A stretch of 64,000 bases of DNA, taken from contig DAHVQG010000009.1 of the NCBI GenBank assembly GCA_027317865.1, positions 73,443 to 137,442 of the forward strand, read 5' to 3'. Every line of letters starts with the position of its first letter. Position 1 is the first letter of the stretch. This DNA comes from Bdellovibrionales bacterium. Lineage in GTDB: Bacteria; Bdellovibrionota; Bdellovibrionia; Bdellovibrionales; UBA1609. The notes under the pieces are model-generated. The model was not told the DNA's origin and searched no databases. It worked only from the letters and a program-made list of their open reading frames with translations. Position numbers and translations under genes: made by a program. Below, in pieces: positions 18,523-29,532 of the stretch.

Positions 18523-20126
18523 GTCGAACCTTTCATGCCATTCGTGGTTTGCAGCGCGCGACCGGCCATTTCTTCGCCGATCACTTCGCGTCGAAATGGA
18601 CGGCAAAATTCACGCGTCATTTGGCCCTTAAAAAAGATGAAAATCCGGTCGGCAAGATCGCACACTTCGTCCAGATCGGACGAAAGAAAAATCACGCTTT
18701 TGTGATCTGCACACAATTCACGAAATATTTCGTGAATGCGCTTAGCTGCGGCAAAATCCACTCCGCGAGTAGGATGAGCGGCAATAAGCAGTTTGGGGGC
18801 GTGACTTGTCTCGCGTGCAACCACCCATTTCTGTTGATTGCCACCGGAATAGCCGGAGATGCTAAGATTAAGACGTGGCGGCCGGATGTCGAACCTTTTT
18901 TGCGCAAGCTTAAGCATATCAGTAGATACGGGCGTCAGACTAAATTTCGGCCGATGATGCGGTAACAATCGAAAATGTTCCGACAAATTATAGTCGGCGA
19001 TTGCGGACTGGTTAAGCCGGTCTTCGCCGATCCATCCGATGGACATTTGGCGTATATCGACGTGATTTACGTTGGCTCGGCCGTCATCCACAATCGCTCG
19101 CCCCAGCAGATCAAGCCGGCCACGAGATACAAATGAATCTCTTTTTTGATTGCTTTTGCGGCACAATTCCGGAAATAAAATGCCATTTAAAAGTTCCGTT
19201 TGGCCGTTACCTTCGACACCGGCAAAAGCCACGATTTCACCCTCATTCACGGTTAAATTAATATCTCGAAGCGGCATTCGCAAGGCCGGGTGTACAAGCG
19301 AAAAATTGTGAACATGAAGAACGGGCTTTGCTTTCTTAACTGCAGTTTTAGATAGGCCTTCCGACTGATCTGTAATTGTGTCTTTGATATTCAAAAGGTT
19401 TGCGTCACCAACCATATAGCGGGCAAGCTCGTTGGCCGTTTGCTCCCGAACTGGTCCGTGAAATTTGATTTCTCCATGCCGTAAAACAGTGACCTCATCA
19501 GCGTAACTCATAACTTCTTGGAGCTTATGCGTAACAATCACAACACTGGTCGGTTTGTTTTTTAATTTCTCGACGAGGTTGTAAAACTCGCGAACTTCAC
19601 TTGGCGGCAGAACAGCAGTCGGCTCGTCAAAAAATAAAATTTGCGGGTCAAAAAGTAGCGTTTTTAAAATTTCTAATTTCTGCTTTTGAATAACAGATAA
19701 GCCTCGCACCAATGTGTTGAGCGGAATCTTCAATTGCAAAAGATTTTGAAGCTCCCGAATTTTTTCGGAATATTGACTATAGGGGCCAACCCACCAATTT
19801 TTTTTGCGTGAGTTAATTTCAAGTTGAATATGGTCTTTTACAGTAAGGTTTTCGGCCAGCATAAAATGTTGGTGAACCATAGCGATCTGAAGCGATTTCG
19901 CGATTTGTGGAGATTTGATTTGAATAAGCTCTCCACGATATAAAATTTCGCCAGAGTGGGGCTTTTCTAACCCAAATAGCATTTTCATGAGCGTCGACTT
20001 GCCGGCTCCGTTTTCGCCAATTACGGCGTGAACTCGCCCCAGGTAAAAATCAATATTCACGTCCCGATTGGCGTATTCGACCCCATAAATCTTGCTTAAA
20101 TTACGTGTCGATAAAATCGGTGTCAT
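18519..20126 (-). CDS. Nucleoside ABC transporter ATP-binding protein (two ATPase domains)
   Basis: GENGAGKST, MVHQHFML, FDEPTAVL, SGGNQQK, HPTRGVD. Confidence 0.92.
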   Translation of the reverse strand: MTPILSTRNLSKIYGVEYANRDVNIDFYLGRVHAVIGENGAGKSTLMKMLFGLEKPHSGEILYRGELIQIKSPQIAKSLQIAMVHQHFMLAENLTVKDHIQLEINSRKKNWWVGPYSQYSEKIRELQNLLQLKIPLNTLVRGLSVIQKQKLEILKTLLFDPQILFFDEPTAVLPPSEVREFYNLVEKLKNKPTSVVIVTHKLQEVMSYADEVTVLRHGEIKFHGPVREQTANELARYMVGDANLLNIKDTITDQSEGLSKTAVKKAKPVLHVHNFSLVHPALRMPLRDINLTVNEGEIVAFAGVEGNGQTELLNGILFPELCRKSNQKRDSFVSRGRLDLLGRAIVDDGRANVNHVDIRQMSIGWIGEDRLNQSAIADYNLSEHFRLLPHHRPKFSLTPVSTDMLKLAQKRFDIRPPRLNLSISGYSGGNQQKWVVARETSHAPKLLIAAHPTRGVDFAAAKRIHEIFRELCADHKSVIFLSSDLDEVCDLADRIFIFFKGQMTREFCRPFRREVIGEEMAGRALQTTNGMKGST

Positions 20127-21166
20127 CTATGGCTCATTTTGTAATAGTCTGGAACAACGATTTTGCCAGAGATGATTTCGCGTTTGAGACGATTCAAGTA
20201 GGCGATGGACTTTTGATCGATCAAATTTTTGTTGTATTGATCGAGCGCAAAATCGATACCTCCGTTTTTGAGCCCCCAATGTTCAATTCCGCCCTTAAAT
20301 TTTCCGTTCTTTTGCTGTTTGATCGCAGCATATACCGCCGTATCGACGTGTTTCACAAGACTTGTCAAAATATATCCCGGCTTCATCCAATCTTGGTCTG
20401 AATCACAGCCGATCGCCAAACGGTGCGCTTCAACAGCGGCATCAAAAACACCTGTACTCGATTCGCCGGCCGCTACAAAAATAATATCTGCACCTTTACT
20501 GTAAAGAGACAGGGCGATTTCTTTTGCCCGTGAAGGGTTCGTCCATGCATCGGAAGTCATGCCGATATATTCGGAAAGCACTTTGGTTTTTTTCGAATAC
20601 TTGTGCGCCCCGGCGACGTAACCCATTTGAAACCGGCGAATAAGTGGAATATCCATGCCACCGATAAACCCAATAATATGTGTTTTCGACATTCGCGAAG
20701 CGAGGGCCCCAACCAAGTATGAGCCTTCTTGTTCTTCAAATAAAATCGATTTAACGTTGGGGAGGTTCACTTCGCCGTCGACGATGGCGAAGTGTTGCTT
20801 CGGAAATTCTTTTGCCACGTGTTCGAGACCGCCGGCCTGGCCAAAGCCGATGGCGATGATCAAACCGAAGTGCCTTTGCGCTAGCGCCCGCTGCATTGAT
20901 TCGTATGCCAAAATATTTGGCGCTTCGACATATTTTAAATAAATGCCAAGATCATGCTTGGCCTTGATGGCGCCACGATATGCGGACTCATTAAACGAAT
21001 TGTCGTTTTTGCCGCCACGATCGAGAATCAGCGCAATGCGTACCCTTTTTTTACCTGATTTTGAAATGCGGTTGTGCGGTTTGGTTTTAAAACAACCGGC
21101 TGTTGTCAAAATAGTAGTTAAACCAACCGCGACACAAAAAAATCGAAATGACACGCCCGCCCTCAT
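20123..21166 (-). CDS. BMP-family ABC substrate-binding lipoprotein
   Basis: GGKNDNSFNESAY, FEEQEGSYLVG, GFIGGMDIP, AIGCDSDQ. Confidence 0.92.
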   Translation of the reverse strand: MRAGVSFRFFCVAVGLTTILTTAGCFKTKPHNRISKSGKKRVRIALILDRGGKNDNSFNESAYRGAIKAKHDLGIYLKYVEAPNILAYESMQRALAQRHFGLIIAIGFGQAGGLEHVAKEFPKQHFAIVDGEVNLPNVKSILFEEQEGSYLVGALASRMSKTHIIGFIGGMDIPLIRRFQMGYVAGAHKYSKKTKVLSEYIGMTSDAWTNPSRAKEIALSLYSKGADIIFVAAGESSTGVFDAAVEAHRLAIGCDSDQDWMKPGYILTSLVKHVDTAVYAAIKQQKNGKFKGGIEHWGLKNGGIDFALDQYNKNLIDQKSIAYLNRLKREIISGKIVVPDYYKMSHR

Positions 21167-21198
21167 GTGCGCAGTCTACTCGCAAAGAGCTGCGAGAT

Positions 21199-22575
21199 CT
21201 AGTTTTGCGGTGAATTTGCGCCATCGCTCTGTGTGATTTGATTAATTTGGGGGACATTTAAAATTTCGGCACACGGCACTGTGGAGGCCCCGCCTTTAGC
21301 CGAAAACTTACTCCAAGCTATTCGCAATTGATTCGCTAATCCTTGCGTGGCACGGCCTAAATGAATCCGGACCGCATTATGCGTTCCAATATAAATCGTC
21401 AATCCTGTTAATATCGTTCCTAAAATGAACCGGTTCGACGTCGGGTCATTGTGACCGGCGATAATGAATGGTCCCAAAATTGACATAAAAAATGATCGAA
21501 TCCAAGCGAAGCGGAACATAACCTTCACGAGTCTTGGCGGTGGATTTTCAAAACGAATCCAGCGATACAGTGCCCGGCTGTAAAAAAACGAAGTGGCAAA
21601 ACCGGCTACTGCCGTCCAGAAGATTTGCGGTGAAACACCCATTTGCCAATAAAGTGTTGTTGTCAAAAAACTGTAGCTCAACCAGGTCACGGCGCTCGTG
21701 AATTCGTAGTATGAACTCACACTGGCCACGACTTTCTTAAGCCCCAATCTTGCTAAAAATTGCTTAAACCAAGTTTGGTTTAACCCCAGGTAACCGGCAT
21801 CAGACGCGACGTGATAAATATTGGTCGCGTTAAACAAAATGCTCAAAGCGCCGCCGGTGAGCGCGGCCAACGCCAACGGTTGAAGTGGTACGTCTTTTAT
21901 AAAGAAATAGACCCCGGCTGAGATTCCGGTTCGAGCAACGGCCCATCCAGCACCTTCGATGCGGTCACTACGCGATAGTCCTGGATGTGACGGCAAACCG
22001 GCAGCCTTCACTCGAAGTCGCCATTTGTTTGCAATTCGCGCAAATGCACCACGTAGTCCCGTACCGTAATTCTGGCTTAACTGTTGATTCGACGGCGGAT
22101 CTTCAACGAGTACGGTCTGAGCGCGATGCTCTTTCAGCGCCTTTGCAAGAGCCGGATGCTCGCTTATAAATGTGTCAGTTTCAGCTTTAGGTAGGTCTGA
22201 CTCCACGACCACGGGACCGTCTGTAACCGCAATGTGCGCAGCCGCTTCGCCGACAACGGCGTCGATTACTTTATTGTTTATTTTGCCGTCTTCTGCCGAA
22301 GCGCTACCAGCTTCGGCGGTGATTTCAGCCTTTAGGCCGTCCGGCAAAACAAGATTTTCGTCGGCGCGTACAAGTTCCTGTAACGCGCCTTCGATAACGG
22401 GTAATGGCGGCGGTGAAGAGGTCGAAATATTCGAGTAACTGCCCACAGCTAAAGCGGTAGGCGTAGGCGACAGTTGAACAATGAAAAAAATCGTCACAAT
22501 CAGCCATATCCAGCCGTTACGCCGTGATTTGGCATCGTTATGAGAAAGTTTATAGTTAAAAGTCCGTTCAAACAT
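21199..22575 (-). CDS. Hypothetical multi-pass membrane protein
   Basis: Long ORF; ATG 22575 with GAGGGA RBS; several hydrophobic segments; C-terminal CAEIL. Confidence 0.6.
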   Translation of the reverse strand: MFERTFNYKLSHNDAKSRRNGWIWLIVTIFFIVQLSPTPTALAVGSYSNISTSSPPPLPVIEGALQELVRADENLVLPDGLKAEITAEAGSASAEDGKINNKVIDAVVGEAAAHIAVTDGPVVVESDLPKAETDTFISEHPALAKALKEHRAQTVLVEDPPSNQQLSQNYGTGLRGAFARIANKWRLRVKAAGLPSHPGLSRSDRIEGAGWAVARTGISAGVYFFIKDVPLQPLALAALTGGALSILFNATNIYHVASDAGYLGLNQTWFKQFLARLGLKKVVASVSSYYEFTSAVTWLSYSFLTTTLYWQMGVSPQIFWTAVAGFATSFFYSRALYRWIRFENPPPRLVKVMFRFAWIRSFFMSILGPFIIAGHNDPTSNRFILGTILTGLTIYIGTHNAVRIHLGRATQGLANQLRIAWSKFSAKGGASTVPCAEILNVPQINQITQSDGANSPQN

Positions 22576-22759
22576 AAATCCCTCGACTCGCGAGCAATCG
22601 GACCCATAGATGTTCAATCTCCGTGCCACTTCACCCACGACGAAAATCGTAAATTATTTTCTCACTTTGGCTTTGACCCTAAAGCGGATTGATCCATACA
22701 CTTATGTAGATTAGCGCGTTCAAAATATCAGACTAAATGAACATCAGAGGAGTGCTTCA

Positions 22760-24691
22760 ATGCGAAAGTTTTGGTTCGGTTTTTTACTGTTAGCGATGTC
22801 AACGGCGGGATGTACGAGTGCCGGGTTGTGGCATCACAAAGAAGCAAAAAGCGGATTGATTCCGATGCGCGATTTTTTTCGCAATCCCTTGCAGGCAGAA
22901 TTCGAATTGTCGCCTGACGGTAAACACCTCGCATATTTGGCGCCTTGGAAGAACCGGATGAATGTTTTTGTACGGCCAGTTAATGGAGGTACGCCAACAC
23001 GCCTTACAGACGTTACCGATCGCGACATTAATGACATGTTCTGGAAGGGCAATAAGACTATCCTTTACTTACGCGATTTTAACGGCGACGAAAATTATCA
23101 ACTTTTTTCAGTGAATATTAAAACCCGCAAAGTTTTGGCTTTGACCCCGTTTAAAGGCGTGCGAACCGAGATTGTTGATACGCTGAACGGCAAAGATCAC
23201 AATCATGTTTTAGTCGGGCTCAACAAGCTTAACCCGCAAGTTTTCGATGTTTATCGGCTCAATGTTCACAACGGCCACCTTAAAATGATTGCCAAAAATC
23301 CGGGCGACATCGGCGGATGGATGACCGATCACAAAGGGCGACTGCGACTGGCTGTAGAAACCGACGGCGTCAATAACACTATTCTCGTTCGCAACAACGA
23401 GCACGAACCATTTCATAAACTGCTTACGACCAATTTTACCACTCAGGTCGACCCGCTGTTTTTTACTTTCGACAACAAAAATGTATACGCGCTTTCAAAC
23501 CGGGGCCGTGATAAACTTGCGTTGGTTATATTGAACCTTAAAACCGGCAAAGAAAAATACATCTACGGCCGTCATGACGTCGACCTCGACAACGTCACGT
23601 ATTCAAAAAAACGTCACGTTCTTTGGGATGCGCTCTACACCACTTGGAAGATGAAACGGCACTTCTTTGATCCATGGCTCAAGAAACTATTCGTTCAATT
23701 GCGAAAGAAAATTCCGACCGCACAAATCGGCATTTCAAGCGTTGATCGTAACGAAGACAAAATTATAGTAAATGCCTGGAGTGACGTGAACCCCGGCGTC
23801 GAATATCTCTACGACTTAAAAACAAAAAAACTCACCAAACTTGCCGAAATGGCGCCGTGGCTCAACCCTAAAGAATTAAGTCCGGTCAAGCCGATTGAAT
23901 ATCGCGCTCGCGACGGCCTGTTGATACACGGCTATTTGACTATTCCGCGCGGATTGAAACCCAAAGATTTGCCTGTTGTCGTAAACCCGCACGGCGGGCC
24001 ATGGGCACGCGATTCGTGGGGTTATAACCCTGAAGTGCAGTTTTTGGCGAGTCGCGGTTACGCCGTTTTGCAAATGAACTATCGGGGCTCAACTGGGTAT
24101 GGCCGCCGTTTTTGGGAGGCCTCGTTCAAGCAATGGGGTCGCAAAATGCAAAACGACATTACCGACGGAGTTAATTGGCTTATCAAAAGAGGTATTGCCG
24201 ATCCAAAACGTGTTGCTATCTACGGCGGGTCGTACGGCGGTTACGCGGCCCTTGCCGGGTTAACGTTCACACCGAAACTCTATGCCTGCGGAGTCGACTA
24301 TGTCGGAGTTTCTGACCTTCTGAAATTTATGAATACCATCCCGCCGTATTGGAAGCCCTACTTGCAAGAAATGTACGCCGAAGTGGGCAATCCAAAAACC
24401 GACAGAAAATTGCTATGGGAGGAGTCACCAGTTTACCACGTCAACCGCATCATTGCGCCGCTCTTTGTTGCCGCCGGCGCAAAAGATCCTCGAGTGAATA
24501 TCCAAGAAAGTAATGAAATGGTTGATGCGCTTAGAAAACGCGGAGTTCACGTCGAGTACATGGTGAAACAAAACGAAGGGCACGGCTACATGGATCAAGG
24601 TAACCGATTTGATTTTTATCGGGCCATGGAGAAATTTTTAAACAAATGTTTAAAACCGAAGTTGCCGCCATTTGAGCGCAAAGCAGGTTAA
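22760..24691 (+). CDS. S9 family (acylaminoacyl/dipeptidyl) peptidase, lipoprotein
   Basis: PHGGPW, NYRGSTGYG, GGSYGG (Ser), DPRV (Asp), EGHG (His). Confidence 0.92.
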   Translation: MRKFWFGFLLLAMSTAGCTSAGLWHHKEAKSGLIPMRDFFRNPLQAEFELSPDGKHLAYLAPWKNRMNVFVRPVNGGTPTRLTDVTDRDINDMFWKGNKTILYLRDFNGDENYQLFSVNIKTRKVLALTPFKGVRTEIVDTLNGKDHNHVLVGLNKLNPQVFDVYRLNVHNGHLKMIAKNPGDIGGWMTDHKGRLRLAVETDGVNNTILVRNNEHEPFHKLLTTNFTTQVDPLFFTFDNKNVYALSNRGRDKLALVILNLKTGKEKYIYGRHDVDLDNVTYSKKRHVLWDALYTTWKMKRHFFDPWLKKLFVQLRKKIPTAQIGISSVDRNEDKIIVNAWSDVNPGVEYLYDLKTKKLTKLAEMAPWLNPKELSPVKPIEYRARDGLLIHGYLTIPRGLKPKDLPVVVNPHGGPWARDSWGYNPEVQFLASRGYAVLQMNYRGSTGYGRRFWEASFKQWGRKMQNDITDGVNWLIKRGIADPKRVAIYGGSYGGYAALAGLTFTPKLYACGVDYVGVSDLLKFMNTIPPYWKPYLQEMYAEVGNPKTDRKLLWEESPVYHVNRIIAPLFVAAGAKDPRVNIQESNEMVDALRKRGVHVEYMVKQNEGHGYMDQGNRFDFYRAMEKFLNKCLKPKLPPFERKAG

Positions 24692-24718
24692 CGACCCAAT
24701 TTTATAAAATACGGCCCA

Positions 24719-25189
24719 CTATAAGTGACGAGCTTCGTGGGCCAATAATTTTTGTTTAACAGAAAGACCACCACCGAACCCGGTGAGGTCGCCGTTGGCA
24801 CCGATCACTCGATGACAGGGGACAATAATCGCAATCGGATTTCGATTGTTGGCTCCACCGACAGCACGTGCCGCTTTTGAATTGCCGATCGCACGTGCCA
24901 CGTCGCCGTAGCTTTTCGTTTCGCCATAAGGTATTCGGCTCAAGGTCGCCCACACCTTTTTCTGAAATTTTGTACCGTCAGCCGCAAGTGGCAAATCAAA
25001 TTTCTTTCGCTTGCCGGCAAAATATTCGCATAGCTGTTTTTCGGCTAAATCTAGTACCGGGTGGCTCTTGGCTCGTGTTGCAGCGTTAATTGAAGGGGAT
25101 CCGAAATAAAGGTTTACCAGCGCTTTGTCGGTCGCAACAAGGCGAAGGGGGCCAACGGGTGAAGAAATATCTTTATAAATAAAATTCAT
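24719..25189 (-). CDS. ogt: Methylated-DNA--protein-cysteine methyltransferase
   Basis: IPYGET.SY, RAVGGAN, PCHRV active site. Confidence 0.93.
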   Translation of the reverse strand: MNFIYKDISSPVGPLRLVATDKALVNLYFGSPSINAATRAKSHPVLDLAEKQLCEYFAGKRKKFDLPLAADGTKFQKKVWATLSRIPYGETKSYGDVARAIGNSKAARAVGGANNRNPIAIIVPCHRVIGANGDLTGFGGGLSVKQKLLAHEARHL

Positions 25190-25460
25190 TTAAAATCTCC
25201 ATTATCGTGGCGGTGAAATGATTTTATAATTGCCGCATTTCAAATGTACTTGAAACTTATAGCAACCACGCCGCTTTGCAGTCAACGCAGTCGCTCACGT
25301 CATTCAGGGGACTTTTTGTCGCATGCCCCCAAATTCAAAACCCTCATTGCTAAAACAAAAGTCGGGAAACTATTCTAAGGATGTCAACAACCTCGGCTGG
25401 TGCTATTCTTTTGAGCGAGTTCTTTGGACGATACTTTTCGCGTAAAACAGAAATGAGGCG

Positions 25461-26672
25461 ATGATGCAAGACGCTTTGATTTATGATGCGGTTCGAACGG
25501 TTCGAGGCAAGGGTAAGTCGACAGGTGCGCTCCATACCGCACGACCGGTTTGGCTCACGAAGACAGTTCTTGAAAATATAGCGAAACGCAATCATCTCGA
25601 CACGGCAAATGTGGACGACGTGATTTTAGGGTGCGTGACTCAGGCATCCGAGCAAGGACAAGACATCGCCAAAATTTCAGCACTTTATGCGGGCTATAGC
25701 ACGAAGGTCAGCGGTGTAACGCTCAATCGATTTTGCGCATCCGGCCTTGAAGCGATTAATCAAGGCGCGACCAGCATCATGGGTGACTATTACGACGTTG
25801 TCATTGCCGGCGGAGTTGAATCAATGAGTCGGGTTTCAATGATGAGCGACGGCGGCGCATGGAGTGTTGACCCGGATGTTGCCAATAAAGCGGCATTCGT
25901 GCCGCAAGGGATTTCGGCTGATCTGATTGCGACGCTCAATGGATTTTCTCGACGTGACGTCGATTCGTTTGCAGTGGAGTCGCACAAGCGCGCAACTAAG
26001 GCATGGGAAGAAAAACGCTTCGGCAAGTCGATATTACCGGTTTACGACATAAACGGTGGTCTTCTTTGCGATCGTGATGAACTTGTACGCCCGGATACGA
26101 CACTTGAAGGCTTGTCGCAACTAAAGCCGTCATTTGAAGAGCTAGGGACCAAATTTGGTTTCGATGGCGTCGCGATTCAGCGCTATCCAACAGTTGAGCG
26201 CATCGAGCACGTCCACCACGCGGGTAATTCTTCGGGGATTGTCGACGGTGCAGCGGCTGTTCTACTGGCAAGTCGAACGGCTGGTGAACGCATGGGGCTA
26301 AAACCGCGTGCAAAAATTCGCGCCATGGCGCTGACCTGCGAAGAACCGACAATTATGCTGACCGGACCTGTCAGCGCAACCCGCAAGGCACTAGCAAAAG
26401 CAAAAATGAAAATGTCTGATCTTGATCTTATTGAGATCAATGAGGCCTTCGCGGCAGTTGTTCTTTATTTTATACAAGAGTGCGGCGCCGATTATTCCAA
26501 AATCAATGTTAATGGCGGAGCAATTGCGATGGGCCATCCGCTCGGAGCAACTGGTGCGATGCTTTTGGGTACGGCACTTGATGAACTGGAGCGACGAAAT
26601 TTATCGACGGCTTTGATCACGCTTTGTATCGGCGGTGGCATGGGCATTGCGACCATTATTGAGCGCGTTTGA
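25461..26672 (+). CDS. fadA: Acetyl-CoA C-acyltransferase (thiolase)
   Basis: [36 protein letters not shown]. Confidence 0.92.
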   Translation: MMQDALIYDAVRTVRGKGKSTGALHTARPVWLTKTVLENIAKRNHLDTANVDDVILGCVTQASEQGQDIAKISALYAGYSTKVSGVTLNRFCASGLEAINQGATSIMGDYYDVVIAGGVESMSRVSMMSDGGAWSVDPDVANKAAFVPQGISADLIATLNGFSRRDVDSFAVESHKRATKAWEEKRFGKSILPVYDINGGLLCDRDELVRPDTTLEGLSQLKPSFEELGTKFGFDGVAIQRYPTVERIEHVHHAGNSSGIVDGAAAVLLASRTAGERMGLKPRAKIRAMALTCEEPTIMLTGPVSATRKALAKAKMKMSDLDLIEINEAFAAVVLYFIQECGADYSKINVNGGAIAMGHPLGATGAMLLGTALDELERRNLSTALITLCIGGGMGIATIIERV

Positions 26673-26697
26673 ACGAAATCATAGAAGGGGCATCGTT

Positions 26698-28767
26698 ATG
26701 ATTCAGTACGAAAAGTCTTCTGAACAAATCGGCATTTTAACGTTCGATCATCCGAAATTGCCGACTAACGTGATCAATGATCAATTTTTGAGCGAACTCG
26801 AAGGAGCTCTGAAAAAGGCATGGTCCGATTCTTCTGTTAAAGGTCTAATTCTGCGCTCAAATAAAAAAGATTTTATGGCGGGCGGCGATTTAGAAGCCAT
26901 GCTCAAGCTTACGCGTTTGCCCGATGCGCTTGCGATGCTACGAAAACTGCATTCCGCATTTTTGTTACTTGAAAGATCGGGCCGCCCTGTGGTTGCGACG
27001 ATTGCCGGCTCAGCTCTGGGCGGCGGTCTTGAACTTGCACTCGCGTGTCACCGTCGGGTTTGTTTAAAAAATGAAAAAATTCAAATTGGATTACCCGAAG
27101 TCACCTTGGGGCTTTTACCTGGCGGCGGTGGTACGCAACGTCTGCCTCGACTCATTGGAATTCAACCGGCCGTTGAGATGATGACGACCGGGCAAAAAAT
27201 TTCTCCTGAAAAAGCATTAAAAATGGGGCTTGTGCACGAACTATTTGACGACATCGACGCAATGACGGTCGCGGCAAAAAAATGGATTATTGAAACAAGC
27301 GCGACGTGGACAAAAGACGGCGTTAAACAAACACTCGGTGCTACGGCTTACGGGCAACCATGGTACGAAAAGAAATTTAAAATTCCGGGCGGGGGAGTGC
27401 AGTCGCCGTTTGCTTATCAGGTTTTTGCCGCATCAAACGCTATGGTGGCTGAAAAAACGTCGAACCATTATCCTGCTCCAAAAGCGATTTTGAGTTGCGT
27501 GTATGAAGGCCTTCAGGTCCCATTCGAATCGGCGCTTCAAATCGAAGCCAACTATTTCTCCGAACTTGTTGTTCACCCGGTTGCCAAAAACATGATTCGC
27601 ACGCTGTTTTTTGGCATAAATAGTGCGAATAAACTCGAATCGCGTCCGAAGAACGTTGCCAAATCGCCCGCTAAAAAAGTGGGGATACTCGGTGCTGGTA
27701 TGATGGGTTCCGGTATCGCCTACGCTGCGGCTAAAGCCGGAATTCCGGTAATTCTAAAAGACGTCTCAAACGATGCGGTCGAAAAAGGCAAGAGCTATTC
27801 GGCAAAGGTCTGCGATAAGCTGATTGAGAAAAAACGCATGAGTGCTGAACAAAAGGATAAACTGCTTGCGTTGATTTCCACCTCAACGGACCCAAAAGCT
27901 GTAGCGGGTTGCGATCTGGTTATCGAAACGGTCATTGAAAATCGAAAAATTAAAGCGCAAGTCACAAAAGAAACCGAATCCGTTTGCGGTGCGGATACAA
28001 TTGTGGCGTCAAATACTTCAACATTGCCCATCACCGGTCTTGCCGAGGCTTCGGTACGACCTGAGAACTTTGTCGGACTTCACTTCTTTTCGCCAGTCGA
28101 CAAAATGCCCCTAGTTGAAATTATTGTCGGCAAAAGGACAGGTGAAGTTGCCATCGCTAAAGCGCTCGATTTTGTTCAACAAATTAAAAAGACACCAATT
28201 GTGGTAAACGACGGCCGTGGGTTTTATACCTCTCGCGTATTTACGAAATATGTTGAAGAAGGGATGGCGCTCTTAAAAGAAGGCGTCTCACCGGCTCTCA
28301 TCGAAAATGCCGGCCGCATGGTGGGAATGCCTGTCGGTCCGCTTGCGGTCGCCGATGAAGTGAGTTTGGATCTTGTTTATCATATTTTGAAGCAAACTGT
28401 TGACGATGTCGGGACTGACGGAGTCGATCAAAACACGATGCAAGTAACGAAACTTTTTGTCGAAGAGTTGAAGCGACTTGGACGTAAATCAGGCGGTGGT
28501 TTTTACGAGTATCCGCCGAACGGTAAGAAGTTTTTATGGCCAAAGCTCAAGGAGTTTTTCACCTTGTCGAAAGCACAACCGACTGCAGAAGCGGTAGGGC
28601 TACGCCTTCTTGCGGTGCAAGCGCGTGAGGCACAACGCTGTCTTGACGAAGGGATATTGCGTTCGAAAGTTGACGGTGACATCGGTTCGATTTTGGGCTG
28701 GGGCTTTCCGGCTTATACGGGTGGCGCGATATCGTATTTCGAGTCACATTTGGGTAAAAATTCTTAA
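26698..28767 (+). CDS. fadB: Multifunctional enoyl-CoA hydratase / 3-hydroxyacyl-CoA dehydrogenase (FadB/FadJ type)
   Basis: GGGLELALAC, LPEVTLGLLPGGGGTQRL, GAGMMG, SNTS, HFFSP; start ATG 26698. Confidence 0.9.
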   Translation: MIQYEKSSEQIGILTFDHPKLPTNVINDQFLSELEGALKKAWSDSSVKGLILRSNKKDFMAGGDLEAMLKLTRLPDALAMLRKLHSAFLLLERSGRPVVATIAGSALGGGLELALACHRRVCLKNEKIQIGLPEVTLGLLPGGGGTQRLPRLIGIQPAVEMMTTGQKISPEKALKMGLVHELFDDIDAMTVAAKKWIIETSATWTKDGVKQTLGATAYGQPWYEKKFKIPGGGVQSPFAYQVFAASNAMVAEKTSNHYPAPKAILSCVYEGLQVPFESALQIEANYFSELVVHPVAKNMIRTLFFGINSANKLESRPKNVAKSPAKKVGILGAGMMGSGIAYAAAKAGIPVILKDVSNDAVEKGKSYSAKVCDKLIEKKRMSAEQKDKLLALISTSTDPKAVAGCDLVIETVIENRKIKAQVTKETESVCGADTIVASNTSTLPITGLAEASVRPENFVGLHFFSPVDKMPLVEIIVGKRTGEVAIAKALDFVQQIKKTPIVVNDGRGFYTSRVFTKYVEEGMALLKEGVSPALIENAGRMVGMPVGPLAVADEVSLDLVYHILKQTVDDVGTDGVDQNTMQVTKLFVEELKRLGRKSGGGFYEYPPNGKKFLWPKLKEFFTLSKAQPTAEAVGLRLLAVQAREAQRCLDEGILRSKVDGDIGSILGWGFPAYTGGAISYFESHLGKNS

Positions 28768-29532
28768 GCCACGAGCCCATTTTAAAAGCAATATTAAAGC
28801 CACCGTAAAAAGAAGCATGAGTGTGGCAAGCGCCGATAGTTTGGGAGTGAGCCCGGCCTTCATTGCCGCGTAAAGGCGAATCGGCAGTGTGTCGCTCCCC
28901 ACGCCGCAAGTAAAAAACGTGATAAGAAAGTCGTCGAACGAAAGCAAAAAGGCGAGCAAGAAACCGGACAAAAGTGAAGTCAATATCAGCGGCAAAGTGA
29001 CCTTGGCGAGAATTCTCCATTCGCCGGCACCGAGGTCACGCGCAGCATCCTCGATCGTCGCATCTAACGCCACCAGACGGCCGTTAACAGTCATAAGTAC
29101 AAAGCACAGGCAAAACGTGACATGAGCAAGAATCACAGTGAATAGCGAAAGTGTTATGTGCAAGACGAAAAACCAAGAAAGTAAGGACAACCCGAAAACG
29201 AGTTCCGGTACAACAAGAGATAAATACGAAAGGGCATTTACAGTCTGACCAAAACGAAATTTCGATTTGATCAGTGCAATCGCCGCAAAACCGCCGATGA
29301 TCGTTGAAATGGAGCTCGCGGCGAGACCCACCTCAAGACTGCGAAACAGTGCCGCAATGAGGCTCTTGTCCCGCCAAACGGCGCGATACCAGGTGAGCGA
29401 CAACATCCAGTGACCGGTACGCACCAAAAAAGAGCTTACGATCATAACGGCGATGGGTAGGTAGAGGATGAACAGTACGCCGAATAAAATGCCAAACGCC
29501 CATACAGGAGCTTTCGGCCGGCTTGAGTTCAT
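28744..29532 (-). CDS. potC: Polyamine ABC transporter permease
   Basis: EDAARDLGA loop, SFDDF, TLPIRLY; start ATG 29532. Confidence 0.85.
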   Translation of the reverse strand: MNSSRPKAPVWAFGILFGVLFILYLPIAVMIVSSFLVRTGHWMLSLTWYRAVWRDKSLIAALFRSLEVGLAASSISTIIGGFAAIALIKSKFRFGQTVNALSYLSLVVPELVFGLSLLSWFFVLHITLSLFTVILAHVTFCLCFVLMTVNGRLVALDATIEDAARDLGAGEWRILAKVTLPLILTSLLSGFLLAFLLSFDDFLITFFTCGVGSDTLPIRLYAAMKAGLTPKLSALATLMLLFTVALILLLKWARGLRIFTQM